Assembly: GCA_044226015.1 (NCBI GenBank)
Contig: JBGAHS010000003.1
Location: 352,001-416,000, forward strand
Direction: 5' to 3'
DNA from: Candidatus Obscuribacteraceae bacterium
GTDB lineage: Bacteria > Cyanobacteriota > Vampirovibrionia > Obscuribacterales > Obscuribacteraceae
DNA: 64,000 bases
Shown here: positions 10,042-21,700 of the stretch, in pieces
Layout: every line of letters starts with the position of its first letter
Numbering within the stretch: position 1 is the stretch's first letter
Position numbers and translations under genes: made by a program
The notes under the pieces: model-generated
The model's database searches: none
What the model was told of the DNA's origin: nothing
What the model saw: the letters and a program-made list of their open reading frames with translations, nothing else

Positions 10042-10068
10042 AAGATCCTTGCGGGCTGCAAGGATCTT
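10042..10068. terminator. Perfect 11-bp inverted repeat downstream of VOC gene
   Basis: AAGATCCTTGC-gggct-GCAAGGATCTT; no U tract. Confidence 0.45.
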
Positions 10069-10118
10069 ACGAACGCAAGAACATCAGTGTTATTGTGGAA
10101 TCTAAGTCTTGTTATTGC

Positions 10119-11024
10119 TTAGCTATGAAACGCTGCTTCCAGTTTTGCAATTTCAAGTTTCTTGCTTTCCATGATGCATGCAAGGACTTTTTCTCTCTTC
10201 GCATCATCTTTATCAGTGACCATTTTTTCAAGTATTGCGGGAACGACTTGCCATGGAACACCAAACTTGTCGCAGAGCCAACCGCACTCTGAAGGAAAGC
10301 CTCCATCAGCCTGCAACCTTTCCCACATTTCGTCAATTTCTTCTTGTGTATCACAATTGACCATAAATGAAGTGGAAAAACTGAAATCAAACCCATGCTC
10401 TATCGGGCTGTCCATCGCGATAAACTGCTGCCCGTCGAGCTTGAAAGCAGCATGCTTCACGGTACCTGCCGCAGGTTCTCCCTCTTCGTATTTGACCATG
10501 TAATCAACACTCGAGTTCTTAAATATTGAATTGTAAAACGCGATAGCATCGGCAGCGCGACCAGACTGCTTGCCGGTAAACATCAGACATGGAGAAATTT
10601 TCTGGCTTGTCTTATCGGTGAAATTAAGCTGCCACGAGACTCCAAATTTGTCTTGAACCCATGCGTATTTTTCACTGAACGGATATTTGTCGAGCGGCAT
10701 CATAACTTGCCCCCCGTCCGACAGCTTTTCAAACAAATGCTCAACTTCTTGCGGCGATTTGCATGTGACATAGAAAGAAATTGAAGGATTGATTTTGAAC
10801 ATGGGTCCACCATTCAAACCCAAGATTTCCATTCCCCCAAGTTCAAGCCGAACCGTCATCACTGAGCCCTTTTCCCGATGATGAATTTCATGTCCTGCCT
10901 CGCCATAGTATGCAATTGAACTAACCTTTGCATTGTCGAAAACAGAAGCATAAAATTCCATCGCTTCTTTTGCGTCGTTATCGAACCACAAGCACGTTGT
11001 GAATTTGTGCATTACCTTTTGCAT
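10119..11024 (-). CDS. VOC/PhnB family protein (tandem 3-demethylubiquinone-9 3-methyltransferase-like domains)
   Basis: TCLWFD, LNGGP.F, DKFGVSWQ and CGWLCDKFGVPWQ duplicated domain motifs. Confidence 0.92.
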   Translation of the reverse strand: MQKVMHKFTTCLWFDNDAKEAMEFYASVFDNAKVSSIAYYGEAGHEIHHREKGSVMTVRLELGGMEILGLNGGPMFKINPSISFYVTCKSPQEVEHLFEKLSDGGQVMMPLDKYPFSEKYAWVQDKFGVSWQLNFTDKTSQKISPCLMFTGKQSGRAADAIAFYNSIFKNSSVDYMVKYEEGEPAAGTVKHAAFKLDGQQFIAMDSPIEHGFDFSFSTSFMVNCDTQEEIDEMWERLQADGGFPSECGWLCDKFGVPWQVVPAILEKMVTDKDDAKREKVLACIMESKKLEIAKLEAAFHS

Positions 11025-11187
11025 ACAGTTCTCCCCCAGAGCGATGACAAGCCCTGCCCGTCAATATCATGGAAGGATTATATACATCTTGACCCGTTTG
11101 AGCTTCCGCCTGAATACGACACGCTTGTGAATCGCGCTTGTGGCAGGGTTCTGCTATGCTTAAGGACCCAAATCGACAGTTTCTTTA

Positions 11188-12573
11188 ATGGCTCTTAAGG
11201 CAGCAAGCAGCTCTCAAAACACGTCAGGCATTGTGCCGCGAGAAAATCTCGTTGCATTCGTTCTTGTAACCTCGTGTTTTGGACTCTGGGGCATGGTCAA
11301 TATGATGACGGACACACTTGTTCCCGCCGTGCAGAAAATATTCAGTATTGACACAAGCCAATCTTCGTTGATTCAGGTCGTTAACTACGCATCTTACGCG
11401 CTGCTCTCTTTTCCGGCAGCCTTCCTCATCAAAATGCGCAACTACAAAACCGGTGTGGTTTTGGGGCTCACGCTTTTGTGCATAGGAGCAGGTGCATTCG
11501 TTCCAGCAGCATCATCGATGTCTTTTTCACCGCTTTTGATGGCAATTTGCGTACTTGCAAGCGGTCTTTCAATTTTGGAAACCAGCTGCAATCCATATGT
11601 AATTGCAATGGGACCTGAAGAAACTGCTGTTCGCCGCTTGAATCTTGCGCAGACCATCAACCCTATAGGATGCCTGCTCGGCTTGTTTGTTGCGAAAGTA
11701 CTCATACTCAGCAATCTCAATGCTGCTGAAGCTTCGGTGCGCAAAACCTGGGACGCTGCGATGGCTCAGCAGGTGATGTCGCATGAACTATTTTGGCTAG
11801 CAATTCCGTATGGCGTCACGGTGCTCATAACTATAATCATGATCATTACAATGTGCGTCAAACGCATGCCAGACGGACGTGACACACAGGAAAGTCCGCC
11901 GCTGGGGCAGTCACTGAAGCGCCTGCTTTCAAATTCACGTTACACAGGCGGAGTGCTATCGCAATTCTTTTATGTCGGACTACAGGTTGCAATCTGGACA
12001 TTCATCATCAAATACACACGAGAAGCTGCCATTTTTTCAGTTGTTGACGGCAAGTTAATTCCTGGCATGAGCGAAGCAGACGCATGGTACAGCTTGATGG
12101 CTTCAATGCTCGTATTTACTTTCGCCCGAATGGTGTGCACTGCTTTGATGCGGAAATTCAACCCGGCTTCAATGATGGCAACACTAGCTCTGGCAGGAAT
12201 AATACTCACACTGGGCGCCATATTCTTACCGGGCTGGTCAGGCGTGGCATCACTGGTGCTTGTGTCTGCATGCATGTCTTTGATGTTTCCGACCATTTAC
12301 GGAATTGCACTACGCGACCTTGGCCCTGAGGTAAAACTCGGTGCTGCAGGGCTAATTATGGCAATCTTGGGTGGTGCCGCGGGCTCATATTCACAAGCTG
12401 CCTTGATAGACCTTTTCGCAATTACAATGAAATTTCCGACCGACCAGGCAATTCGCTACTCATTCGTGATTCCCATCGCCTGCCTGATAATTGTGCTTGT
12501 TTATGCTCTGCGCTACCGTTCATTCTGCTCGCAAAAGGCAGCAGCAGGTGAGCTTCCAGCAGCTGGGCATTAA
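11188..12573 (+). CDS. fucP: FucP-family MFS sugar:H+ symporter
   Basis: About 12 TM; ILETSCNPY, RRLNLAQTINP, QFFYVG.Q, SLMFPTIY, LIMAILGGA motifs. Confidence 0.85.
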   Translation: MALKAASSSQNTSGIVPRENLVAFVLVTSCFGLWGMVNMMTDTLVPAVQKIFSIDTSQSSLIQVVNYASYALLSFPAAFLIKMRNYKTGVVLGLTLLCIGAGAFVPAASSMSFSPLLMAICVLASGLSILETSCNPYVIAMGPEETAVRRLNLAQTINPIGCLLGLFVAKVLILSNLNAAEASVRKTWDAAMAQQVMSHELFWLAIPYGVTVLITIIMIITMCVKRMPDGRDTQESPPLGQSLKRLLSNSRYTGGVLSQFFYVGLQVAIWTFIIKYTREAAIFSVVDGKLIPGMSEADAWYSLMASMLVFTFARMVCTALMRKFNPASMMATLALAGIILTLGAIFLPGWSGVASLVLVSACMSLMFPTIYGIALRDLGPEVKLGAAGLIMAILGGAAGSYSQAALIDLFAITMKFPTDQAIRYSFVIPIACLIIVLVYALRYRSFCSQKAAAGELPAAGH

Positions 12574-12725
12574 GCGAGTGCAGATCTATCTTCCTTATAA
12601 AAATCGCACAGTAAAAATTGGAAAACACGGAGAAGCCAAAATTACGCTTCAATATTTACCGGCAGGAGATTATGCGGTATTTCATTACGCACGTTGATCG
12701 GAATAGAGCAAGCCTGAGCCTATGG

Positions 12726-14378
12726 CTATTTCTTCTTTTCTTCAATCGCAGCTTCAACACGCAAAATGCCACTCTTGGTGAATTCGCAATCTGGCTCAAG
12801 CCGCAGTGTGTCTTTGTAATATCGAAGAGCAGTCTTAAAGTCTTTTTTGACTTCATAACAAGCAGCGATGTAATAGAGTGCTGAACTGCTCTCTCCGAAA
12901 GTAAGCATAGAGTCAGCAAATGATTTCAGGGCGTCATCAAGCCTGCTCATTCCGTAGTAAATTCTGCCAATCCAATAGAAAACATCATATTGTTGTTGAA
13001 CAGAATAGAAGTTCTCTTTCACCTTTTCTATAACAAGAAGAAGGTGCTCTGCTTGCGTGCTGGTGATTGTCTCAAGCGAGAAATAAATGCGTGGAGCAGC
13101 AAGACAAAAGACTATCGGATCATAATTGCAGAGCTGAATATAGCCCATACACGAACGAAGTAGCTCGTTAGATTTTTTAGGCTCTACATCAGTCAAAAGG
13201 TCCTGCATAAAATACAGATAGTTTGCAAGATTTTGACGATCCATCTTATCTTTGAAGAAGAACTTCGAGTGTTCAAGCGGATTCTCTTTGTCCTTCAGCA
13301 AGAAATTTACAGAACTCGACACAGACAGATTATCATCAGTGGTATTAAGACTGGTGCCGCCGAGTTCTTCAAAGTAACGACGAATCGCATCATAGTTCAC
13401 AGAATACGAGAATATGCCGTGATGTGCCACAAACGGCTGTTCGCGTCGACCTTTCACGTAGTTTCGATCGGTGAACCCTTTGTCAGAAGAAATCAGCAAA
13501 AGGTTGTCCGAAGAAATCTTCAGCAAATTTGAAATGACAGAAAAAGCCCCCAGTGGAAAGAGAATGCTGGCATTTTCAAAGTCTCTGCAATAGCTCTTCA
13601 AAACGTTGTTCAGGCGGGCATCACTGTAATAATCACGCGAGACATCATGATAGGATTCGGTACCAGTTTTCCGCATCGACTCAAATTTGACTTCGTCCGG
13701 ATTTTCAGATTCGCGCTTGCATTGGAAGCGCTGCCGCACTTCTGTAAGCTGTCTTGACTGAATTTGAAATGCATCTTGTTTGATTGAATCAAAAAAGTAG
13801 TTGGCAATTGCGATCAGTGGATTCGCCGAACAAAGTTCAGAGTTTAGAATTTGCTCTGGAGCTGAATTATCATCTGGACAGCTCAATACGAAAGCATCAT
13901 CTAGCGGCTTGAACACTCCAAACTGAAGCCACCCTTCGTCTCGGAAACTCTTTAACTTATCATTTTGCTTCCAATTCGCAGGGTTGTCTGCTGTGAAATC
14001 AACCATAACGTATTGCAGGTTGACTTTACGAAGCAGCTCGAAACTCTCCTTGCGCTTGCGCAATTCTCTTAGCAGGTAGAAGCTGAAGCAGCCTGTGCCC
14101 GCAGCCATTTCCAGCACATACAGCGGCTTGCTAAAGTCTAATTTTTCACGATAGTCGAGAATAAAATTCAAGATAACATCGGCATACGCTTCAGCGATGA
14201 AAGGGTTGCTTGTAGGATAAAACGGAATTTGATTCCAGGCAGAAATGCTCGACGCTTGATAGTACTGCTCAAGCAGCGTCCAAATTTTGGACTCTGAAAG
14301 CTTGCTGCTCTCTTCAATGAAGAAATACTCGCCTTCGGCTTCCTTTTTATCCTCTGTTTTAACAGTGTCGTTGCTCAC
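12726..14378 (-). CDS. SAM-dependent methyltransferase (NDUFAF7/MidA-like) with C-terminal TPRs
   Basis: VLEMAAGTG SAM motif, IANYFFDSI motif, terminal TPR helices; GTG start with GGAG RBS. Confidence 0.75.
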   Translation of the reverse strand: MSNDTVKTEDKKEAEGEYFFIEESSKLSESKIWTLLEQYYQASSISAWNQIPFYPTSNPFIAEAYADVILNFILDYREKLDFSKPLYVLEMAAGTGCFSFYLLRELRKRKESFELLRKVNLQYVMVDFTADNPANWKQNDKLKSFRDEGWLQFGVFKPLDDAFVLSCPDDNSAPEQILNSELCSANPLIAIANYFFDSIKQDAFQIQSRQLTEVRQRFQCKRESENPDEVKFESMRKTGTESYHDVSRDYYSDARLNNVLKSYCRDFENASILFPLGAFSVISNLLKISSDNLLLISSDKGFTDRNYVKGRREQPFVAHHGIFSYSVNYDAIRRYFEELGGTSLNTTDDNLSVSSSVNFLLKDKENPLEHSKFFFKDKMDRQNLANYLYFMQDLLTDVEPKKSNELLRSCMGYIQLCNYDPIVFCLAAPRIYFSLETITSTQAEHLLLVIEKVKENFYSVQQQYDVFYWIGRIYYGMSRLDDALKSFADSMLTFGESSSALYYIAACYEVKKDFKTALRYYKDTLRLEPDCEFTKSGILRVEAAIEEKKK

Positions 14379-14398
14379 TATGCCTTCTCCAAAGCGAA

Positions 14399-17197
14399 CT
14401 ATCTTCTGCCCTTCATTCGAGCTTGAATCGCCTGGTACAACTCTTTGCTGCGAACAGCCTGGGCAGAATCAGCACCAAGTTCGCGAGTGCGTGCATCTAG
14501 CGATTGCTTGCACAAAGGTTCCGCCAACTTATACTTGCCCTCAGCAAAATACAACATTGCAAGCGTTGCCTGTACTTCTGCTGCAGCTAAACTATCGGCA
14601 CCGAAGTCTTTCGATTTTATCGCCAGAGATTTCGTCAAGAGTGGTTCGGCATCTTTGAGCTTGTGTTTTTTGATTCTTATTACTGCTTGAACCTTGTACG
14701 CATCCGCAGCCTGTGCAGAGTCCTCTCCATAAAGCTTGTTTGCAATAGTCAAAACACTATTCAAAGTGCTATCAGCCTCAGCAAGTTTGCCCTGAAGAAT
14801 ATAGACTTCCGCGAGACCTTGCATGTACGGAATCAACTCAGCAGACTCTGGACCAGAGACCTTTGTTCTTCGATCAATCGCAGCACTCAAGTCCTGAATT
14901 GCCTTGGCAAAATCTTTCTTACGCAGCGCTATTTTCGATAGCCCGTAATAGACCTCTGAAAGCCCTAACTTTTCTTCTTCTGGCGCAGCAGATAGAGCAC
15001 TTTGAGCCTCCGCCAGGAGGGGAGCCGCTTTGTCCGGGTCTTCTCCTTCAGCTAGCATATCAATTGCAATTCTAGACTTCGTGCGAGCAACGTCATACTT
15101 GCTCGTTTTTTTCTTTTTCTGAATGTCCAGAACTTTGTTAAGTGCATCTTGCGCAGCCTGGTATTTACCAGCTTCCTCAAGTACCTTTGCTTGTTGCGGC
15201 AACACGGTGAGAAGTTCTTCGTCATTATCTGCTTCAGTCACAGCTTTTTTCAAAGTCTGCTCTGCGCTCTGATAATCACCTTGCTTAACCTGCACAGTAG
15301 CCTCGTTTGTAAGACCTGAGGCGGAACCTGTGTCAGTAGAAGTGGCGACAGCAGTCGTACTGCCTCCCGGCACAGGCGGCTTGTCATCGTGTTTTCCACT
15401 CATGGAAATCACTGCGACACCCAGAATGATTACCGCAAAAATTACTACACCTGCAATCAGAGCATTCTTGTTGATGCCTGGTTCAGTTCGCTCTGGCTTT
15501 TCGGAAAGGCTCGCGGATTGCGCTCCACTGTGGGACGAAGAGGATGACGAGTCCGGAGAATTTACCGATGTTGACTGCTGAGAGCTTGCTGAAGATGCAC
15601 CGGAAATTGAGCCATTCGATGACGAAGAAGATGAAGACAACGAAACATCTTCTTTCTCATCAGAAGCCGCTGGCGCGCCCTTAGGGTCGAAGGCAAGTGA
15701 TGTCTCTGAGTTCAACGCAGATGCACTTGCAATTTGCTGCTCGGCTGGATGAGCGCCAGAATTGCTTGCAACAGTATGCTCTAAATTCGTCGCACCAGAA
15801 GTACTCGCAATGGAATCTGCTGCATTGCCTGCGATTGCAGGCATCGAGCCCGACATGGCTGGCGGGGCGCCTTCCATCGTTGGTGCAGAACCTTCCATCG
15901 TCGGTGCGTTTCCAGACATAGCAGGTGAAGAACCTGATGCACCCGGCAAAGCATTACTCGAACTAGAAACAGCAGACGCAGCACTATCGGCGTTAGCAGC
16001 ACTATCGGCGTTAGCAGCACTATTCGCAGCGGAAGCTGTTCCAGCAGACGCAGCATTGCTAGAACCGGAAGCAGACCCCGCGCCGGAGTGGCTCTCCGAC
16101 GGCTTCGCAGGTGCACCAGCGAACTGAGTTTGTCCAGCTTGCTGCGCCCACCTGTCAGTTACGGCGTCTAGCTCTACTACATTTTCAGATTCCGGTGGCA
16201 CAGAAAATATTTTGTGCACAGGTGGAAAGACACCGCGAACAGCTTCTAATGCTTCCTTAAATTGAGGCATTGTCTGAAACCGATCTTCAGGTTCCTTCGC
16301 AATCGCCTTAAACACAGCAGACTCTAGCCCCTCTGAAATGCCAAGTTCAGGGCAAACATCAGAGAAGCGCGACGGGCTATCATTCACTTGCTTGTACATG
16401 CATTCCATCGCATCTCGCCCACCAAACACCGGGCGCCCAGTGACAGAGCGATACAGCACGCAACCTAATGAATAAATATCGGAACGAGCATCGAGGTCTT
16501 TACCTCTGCATTGCTCAGGGCTCATGTACAGCGGACTGCCAAACACCTCACCCGTGTGAGTAAGCTGCTCAGCGCCATCTGGCTGCAAAAGTTTAGCAAT
16601 GCCGAAATCAACAATTTGCAAGTAATCTTGCTGTCCCTCGTACTCGATCAACATGATGTTCGCAGGCTTGATGTCGCGGTGAATCACGCCTTTGCTGTGA
16701 GCATGGGCAAGAGCCGAACACGCCTGAATGAAAATCGGAATAGCTCTGCTTTCGGGCAGGCTGCCCTGTTCCTGCAATAGAGTTGAGAGATTGATGCCTT
16801 CAAGATAGTCCATGACCAGGTAGGGAATACCCTGGTCAGAGATACCAAAGTCATGAACATACAAAATGTGCGGATGCTTGAGCGCACTGGCAGCTTGAGC
16901 TTCCTGGGTGAAACGTTTCAAAGCAGCAGCGTTTTGAACGAGGTGCGGCAGCAGCATCTTGATTGCCACAACCCTTTTCATCAGGTTGTGCCGAGCTTTG
17001 TATACTTTGCCCATGCCGCCATCGCCTATGATTCCTAAAATCTCATAGCGATCGGCAAAAATGTCGCCTACTCTAGGCTCACGGGACATTGGCGTCAGGA
17101 GAGTCCCATCGTCTGGACATGTTTCCAGATTACCGGGAAACTCTTTGCCACAAAGCATACAAGCCTTTTTGCGGTCAGTCGCTTCTTCCTGGGGCAC
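14399..17197 (-). CDS. Hanks-type Ser/Thr protein kinase with Ser/Ala-rich linker, TM helix and C-terminal TPRs
   Basis: GDGGMGKVY, VAIK, HRDIKPAN, DFG, GSPLYMSPEQ, DIYSLG; N-terminal CxxC..CP; TM ALIAGVVIFAVIILGVAVI. Confidence 0.96.
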   Translation of the reverse strand: MPQEEATDRKKACMLCGKEFPGNLETCPDDGTLLTPMSREPRVGDIFADRYEILGIIGDGGMGKVYKARHNLMKRVVAIKMLLPHLVQNAAALKRFTQEAQAASALKHPHILYVHDFGISDQGIPYLVMDYLEGINLSTLLQEQGSLPESRAIPIFIQACSALAHAHSKGVIHRDIKPANIMLIEYEGQQDYLQIVDFGIAKLLQPDGAEQLTHTGEVFGSPLYMSPEQCRGKDLDARSDIYSLGCVLYRSVTGRPVFGGRDAMECMYKQVNDSPSRFSDVCPELGISEGLESAVFKAIAKEPEDRFQTMPQFKEALEAVRGVFPPVHKIFSVPPESENVVELDAVTDRWAQQAGQTQFAGAPAKPSESHSGAGSASGSSNAASAGTASAANSAANADSAANADSAASAVSSSSNALPGASGSSPAMSGNAPTMEGSAPTMEGAPPAMSGSMPAIAGNAADSIASTSGATNLEHTVASNSGAHPAEQQIASASALNSETSLAFDPKGAPAASDEKEDVSLSSSSSSSNGSISGASSASSQQSTSVNSPDSSSSSSHSGAQSASLSEKPERTEPGINKNALIAGVVIFAVIILGVAVISMSGKHDDKPPVPGGSTTAVATSTDTGSASGLTNEATVQVKQGDYQSAEQTLKKAVTEADNDEELLTVLPQQAKVLEEAGKYQAAQDALNKVLDIQKKKKTSKYDVARTKSRIAIDMLAEGEDPDKAAPLLAEAQSALSAAPEEEKLGLSEVYYGLSKIALRKKDFAKAIQDLSAAIDRRTKVSGPESAELIPYMQGLAEVYILQGKLAEADSTLNSVLTIANKLYGEDSAQAADAYKVQAVIRIKKHKLKDAEPLLTKSLAIKSKDFGADSLAAAEVQATLAMLYFAEGKYKLAEPLCKQSLDARTRELGADSAQAVRSKELYQAIQARMKGRR

Positions 17198-17313
17198 CTG
17201 CTACTCCTTTTCAACCAAATTTGGCTTCTATTATTGTAAGCCGTCATATGCCTGTCCTGCGCTAAAGGTTCAGGGAGTAAACTAAGTCCGTAAGATTCGG
17301 AAATGCAAGCCAC

Positions 17314-18573
17314 TTGGAAAAGCCTGTCAACAGTGACGATGCCCAACAGAAGCGAAAGGCGCGAAAAGAGCGCATAGACTTCGTTTTCGCCATTCTGTCG
17401 CTCATAATTGCAGCTACGATGCCGGCTGCCGCCCTCCTGGGTTCTCAAGGTTCGTTCGGAAAATTAAGCGACTTTCCTGAGTATTATTCGGTCGCCAGGA
17501 TGATTCGAGAAGGCCACGGCAGCCAAATTTATGTTCTCGACAAATTATTCGAAGCTCAACATCAAGATTTCCCTCAACTTGAAAGTCGCGGCATCGGTTA
17601 TTACATTCCGCCATTTGCCACGCCCCTGATTACGCCTCTCGGATTCCTGCCGCCGATGCAGTCCTATCTTCTCTTTTTGCTCAGTTCAATTGCATCGCTA
17701 ATTGCTTCCGTGATAATTCTGGGCAAGCACTTCAAACTGAAAGCGAGCAGCAAAATCTGGCTTGCCACACTTCTTTGCGCCAGCGCACCAGCGTTTGAGT
17801 CTCTGAAGATAGCGCAGCTGGCACCATATCTATTGCTTTCTCTTAGTTGCACATTGTGTTTCTTGAGCAAAAAGAATGATATCGCCGCTGGTGCCTCACT
17901 GGCAATAATGTTGTTGAAACCACAGGAACTATTCCCCTTATTGGTATACGGACTGTTTTCTCGGCGCTTCAAGTTAATAGCCAGTACAGTGCTTTGTGGT
18001 TCAATACTCTTGCTGATTTCCGTAGCGATGATTGGTTTTGATGGATATTCAAATTACTTTCTTCTACTCAAGGACAGCGCAACTCATACGCAGTTTATGC
18101 AACCAGAACTGGGAGCCACAGTGCGCGGTCAGCTATTGCGCATACCATTTCTAGAGCAATCAAGCGTGAATCTGATGAGCACAATTGTTCTAGTGGTGGC
18201 ACTGGCAAAAATCGCCTACGAAGCGTGGCGTAAACGCAACTTGAATTTCGAAGAAGGCTTACTGCAGCTCGCGTTACCTGTAGGGCTAGTCACGGCCCTA
18301 CATTGCCACGATTACGATTTGCTTTTGCTCTTGCCATACATTTTGAGTATGTTTTGTCGTTCTGATAGAAGCAAAACAGCAGAAGCAGCGCGCGGTTTCT
18401 TGATTATTCTCTGCTTGTTTCTCAGTACGCCCGTCTTTGTTCTGGTGCACTACAGCATGCTGATGCGCCAAAAAATGATTCCGAATCCAATTTTCATTGC
18501 ACTGGCACTGTGCGCAATTTTTAGCGTACTGAGTTACTCTTCTCGCAAAACCAGCGAGACTGCTGACACATAG
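17314..18573 (+). CDS. Glycosyltransferase family 87 (DUF2029) GT-C membrane protein
   Basis: SDFPEYY, YIPP, LLKPQ, HDYDLLLL motifs; polytopic. Confidence 0.85.
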   Translation: MEKPVNSDDAQQKRKARKERIDFVFAILSLIIAATMPAAALLGSQGSFGKLSDFPEYYSVARMIREGHGSQIYVLDKLFEAQHQDFPQLESRGIGYYIPPFATPLITPLGFLPPMQSYLLFLLSSIASLIASVIILGKHFKLKASSKIWLATLLCASAPAFESLKIAQLAPYLLLSLSCTLCFLSKKNDIAAGASLAIMLLKPQELFPLLVYGLFSRRFKLIASTVLCGSILLLISVAMIGFDGYSNYFLLLKDSATHTQFMQPELGATVRGQLLRIPFLEQSSVNLMSTIVLVVALAKIAYEAWRKRNLNFEEGLLQLALPVGLVTALHCHDYDLLLLLPYILSMFCRSDRSKTAEAARGFLIILCLFLSTPVFVLVHYSMLMRQKMIPNPIFIALALCAIFSVLSYSSRKTSETADT

Positions 18574-18577
18574 GTTC

Positions 18578-18595
18578 AACTGTTCAATAGTGCAG
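18578..18595 (+). promoter_or_regulatory. Candidate operator AACTGTTCAATAGTGCAG upstream of histidine kinase
   Basis: 16/18 identical to 23384-23401 upstream of the response regulator. Confidence 0.45.
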
Positions 18596-18707
18596 GGTGG
18601 ATTGCATTGTCCTGCAAGCAACTCGGTTTAATTGCCCACTCAGAAAATGACAACTGAATCATACAATTAAATCAGGTTAATTCATGTCTGCCACCACATG
18701 AATAGGG

Positions 18708-21700
18708 TTGAAAAAAATGACCGAAAGCCAGGCTTTGACCGAGGGCGATAAGAAATCGCCTGAGTGCAGCCTTTCTAGTCAAAATCCTTTGCAGGAACAG
18801 ATCTATCATGAGCGGACTTCGCCTGTTCATGGTGAGTCAAGTGATGGCGCCGGCACACAATCCTCAACTGAAACAAAGACTGATTCCTCCTCAACACAGC
18901 AATGTTCTGGAAAGACAGAGACAATTGTGTGGGAATCTCCGAAGTCGCCTGAGCCAGATGCAGGGCTGAACAAAGCAAGCAAACAAAGCGTATCTGCACG
19001 CGAATTCATAGCCAGTCAACTAGCGGATAAAGACAAACCTAAGCCAGCTGCCTCAGTTGCACCAAGAGTGGATGCCGCCGGCATCCGCTGGGAAGAACCC
19101 AAAACCCCCGAGGCTGACCCAGGACTTGCCAGCGCCATAAAGAAGAGCGAGACAGCTCATAATTTCATTGCGAGCCAACTCGCGCTTAAGGAAGATGCCG
19201 TTGGTCAAAATAGAATCATCGCGGCAAAATTCGAACCTGCTAGTGAAATAAAATGGCAAGAACCAAAAACACCTGAGCCCGATGCCGGTCTCGCGAAAGC
19301 GATTCAAGACGGCGAATCAGCCCATAAATTCGTGGTTCAGCAGCTAACCCTATCTGATGATTCAACTTCGCAAACTCAACCCCAGGCGAAAAAGGAAGAC
19401 TCATCAGGCATCACATGGCAGGAACCAAAAGCGCCTGAGCCCGACCCGGGACTCGCAAAAGCGATACAAGACAGCGAATCCGCCCATAAATTCGTGGTTC
19501 AGCAGCTAACCCTATCTGATGATTCAACTTCGCAAACTCAACCCCAGGCAAAAAAGCAAGACTCTTCGGGCATCACATGGCAGGAACCAAAAGCACCTGA
19601 GCCCGACCCGGGACTCGCCAGAGCCATGCAGAACGGCGCTTCCGCTCACAACTTCGTGGTGGCACAGCTAGCTATCACTGACGATTCAAATTCACAAACT
19701 CAACCCAAAGCGAAAAAACAAGACTCATCGGGCATCACATGGCAAGAACCTAAAGCACCTGAGCCTGACCCTGGACTCGCCCGAGCCATGCAACAGGGCG
19801 AAACAGCCCACAAATTTGTGGTGGCACAGCTAGCTATCACTGACGATTCAAATTCACAAACTCAACCCAAAGCGAAAAAACAAGACTCTTCGGGCATCAC
19901 ATGGCAAGAACCAAAAGCACCTGAGCCTGACCCTGGTCTCGCCAGAGCCATGCAACAAGGCGAAACAGCCCACAAATTTGTGGTGGCACAGTTGGCTGCA
20001 ACTGAACCGAATCCGACGCCCCCTGAAGCTTCAAAAAGAAATGACACTGGAATAAAGTGGGACGCTCCGAAGACACCTGAGCCTGACCCTGGTCTCGCCA
20101 GAGCCATGCAACAAGGCGAAACAGCCCACAAGTTCGTCGTGCAACAATTAACAAGCACGGAAGATTCAAATTCGTCCGCAAACCGCGTCGGCAAAAAAGA
20201 TGAGAATACAGGCATCAAATGGACTGAGCCAAAAGCTCCTGAGCCCGACCCTGGTCTCGCAAAGGCAGCGCAACAAGCTGACACTGCGCACAAATTCGTC
20301 ATACAACAACTAGGGCTTTCAGACAATTCAGCAAAAGAGACTCCTGCGCAAAGTCCAGCAAGAACAGTCGAACCTGTGAAGGTTGACTCAACAACTCCAG
20401 CCGCTCCTCTTTCCATAAATACTTTAGCCAGAACGAGCACCACTTTCCAGCAAGAGCCAAAGCTCGAACTCGGAAAAAACAATTCGCCCCCGCAGAAATT
20501 CAGAGAGACGGAAGCAGTAACAGAGAAAACGAAACCAGTTTCAGAACCAAATCTGAACTCGCAATACTTCAAACTTCCGACCGCTTCATTCAACTCTTCA
20601 TCGGAAAAGTACAGCCCCAAACCTGATGAGAGTGGCAAGAAAAGCCAGGAAACGAAAACACAACCAGCACAGATCAATACTGAAAAGCAAGACGCAAAAG
20701 CAACCGCATCGGTCACAGGCACAGCTGAAAAACGCGAATTCAGAACAGCATCAGCACAAGAGTTGGTTGAAAAAGTCGCCGTCGTTAACGCTGCTCAATC
20801 AACCGCCGCTTTACGCAATGAAGCATTAAATGCAAACAACACTAGAGTTTCATCCCTCCAATTGATGCGTACATCAATTGAATTGCCTAACGATTCAAGC
20901 AAACCGACAGTAGGTGGCACTATTGCCGGAACTTTCAAAAGTGCGCAAGAATCAATATATGCATACAAATCGCCCACAGAAATCCGGGCAAACGCATCTG
21001 AGCAAGATTTCAAATCAATCTCCAGAAGCACTCAGATCATCGGAAAAGAATCCATTGCTGCGTTTTCACCCGTCACTTCTTCATTCTTTCCAATTGCCAA
21101 AATAAGCCAGGCGCCTTCTGCAATTCTCAATTCAGAAACGAATTTCTCATCAGCCAAGAGAGAACTCAACGCAATCTTGATCGCAAAACCAGAATTAGCG
21201 AACTTACAATCACTCTCCACAATCAGCAATTTTGCATCGTCTGCCCGCACTTTCGAAGGTTCTGTCGCTGGAAGAATTTTTGAAACTACGATACAAAATA
21301 CGACTAACAGATCAGGTACATTACCTGAACAAAAAATATCTAGCAAAGCCATCTTTGGCTCGAGCCCATCGGCTTCTGAATCGCGTAGTTTCTCTACAAA
21401 TTTCGCCTTACCGCTCACCAGATTTTCGACAATCGGAATAGCGATCGCTAACACCCATGTCAGTCCAAGAGCGCCACAGGCAATCGTTCCCTTTGATGCT
21501 AAAGCACAAAGCAACTTGTCGCACATGATTTCAACACACACATTTAGCGATAACAAAATCAGCCCGTGGTCTGCCTCAATGCACTGGACAGGCAAACCCA
21601 ACCTAAAACAAGACGGACCGCTTGGGCTTTACCCGATTGGCATTAATGGAAAAAACGAGACCAAATCAGAAGTTCTAGAACCACTTAAAATGCGATTCGT

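Noticed and set aside
18921..20315. CRISPR-like or mobile repeat array
   Set aside because: In-frame 162-bp coding repeats with synonymous variation
19862..20722. 286-aa minus-strand ORF
   Set aside because: Antisense to the repeat region of the histidine kinase
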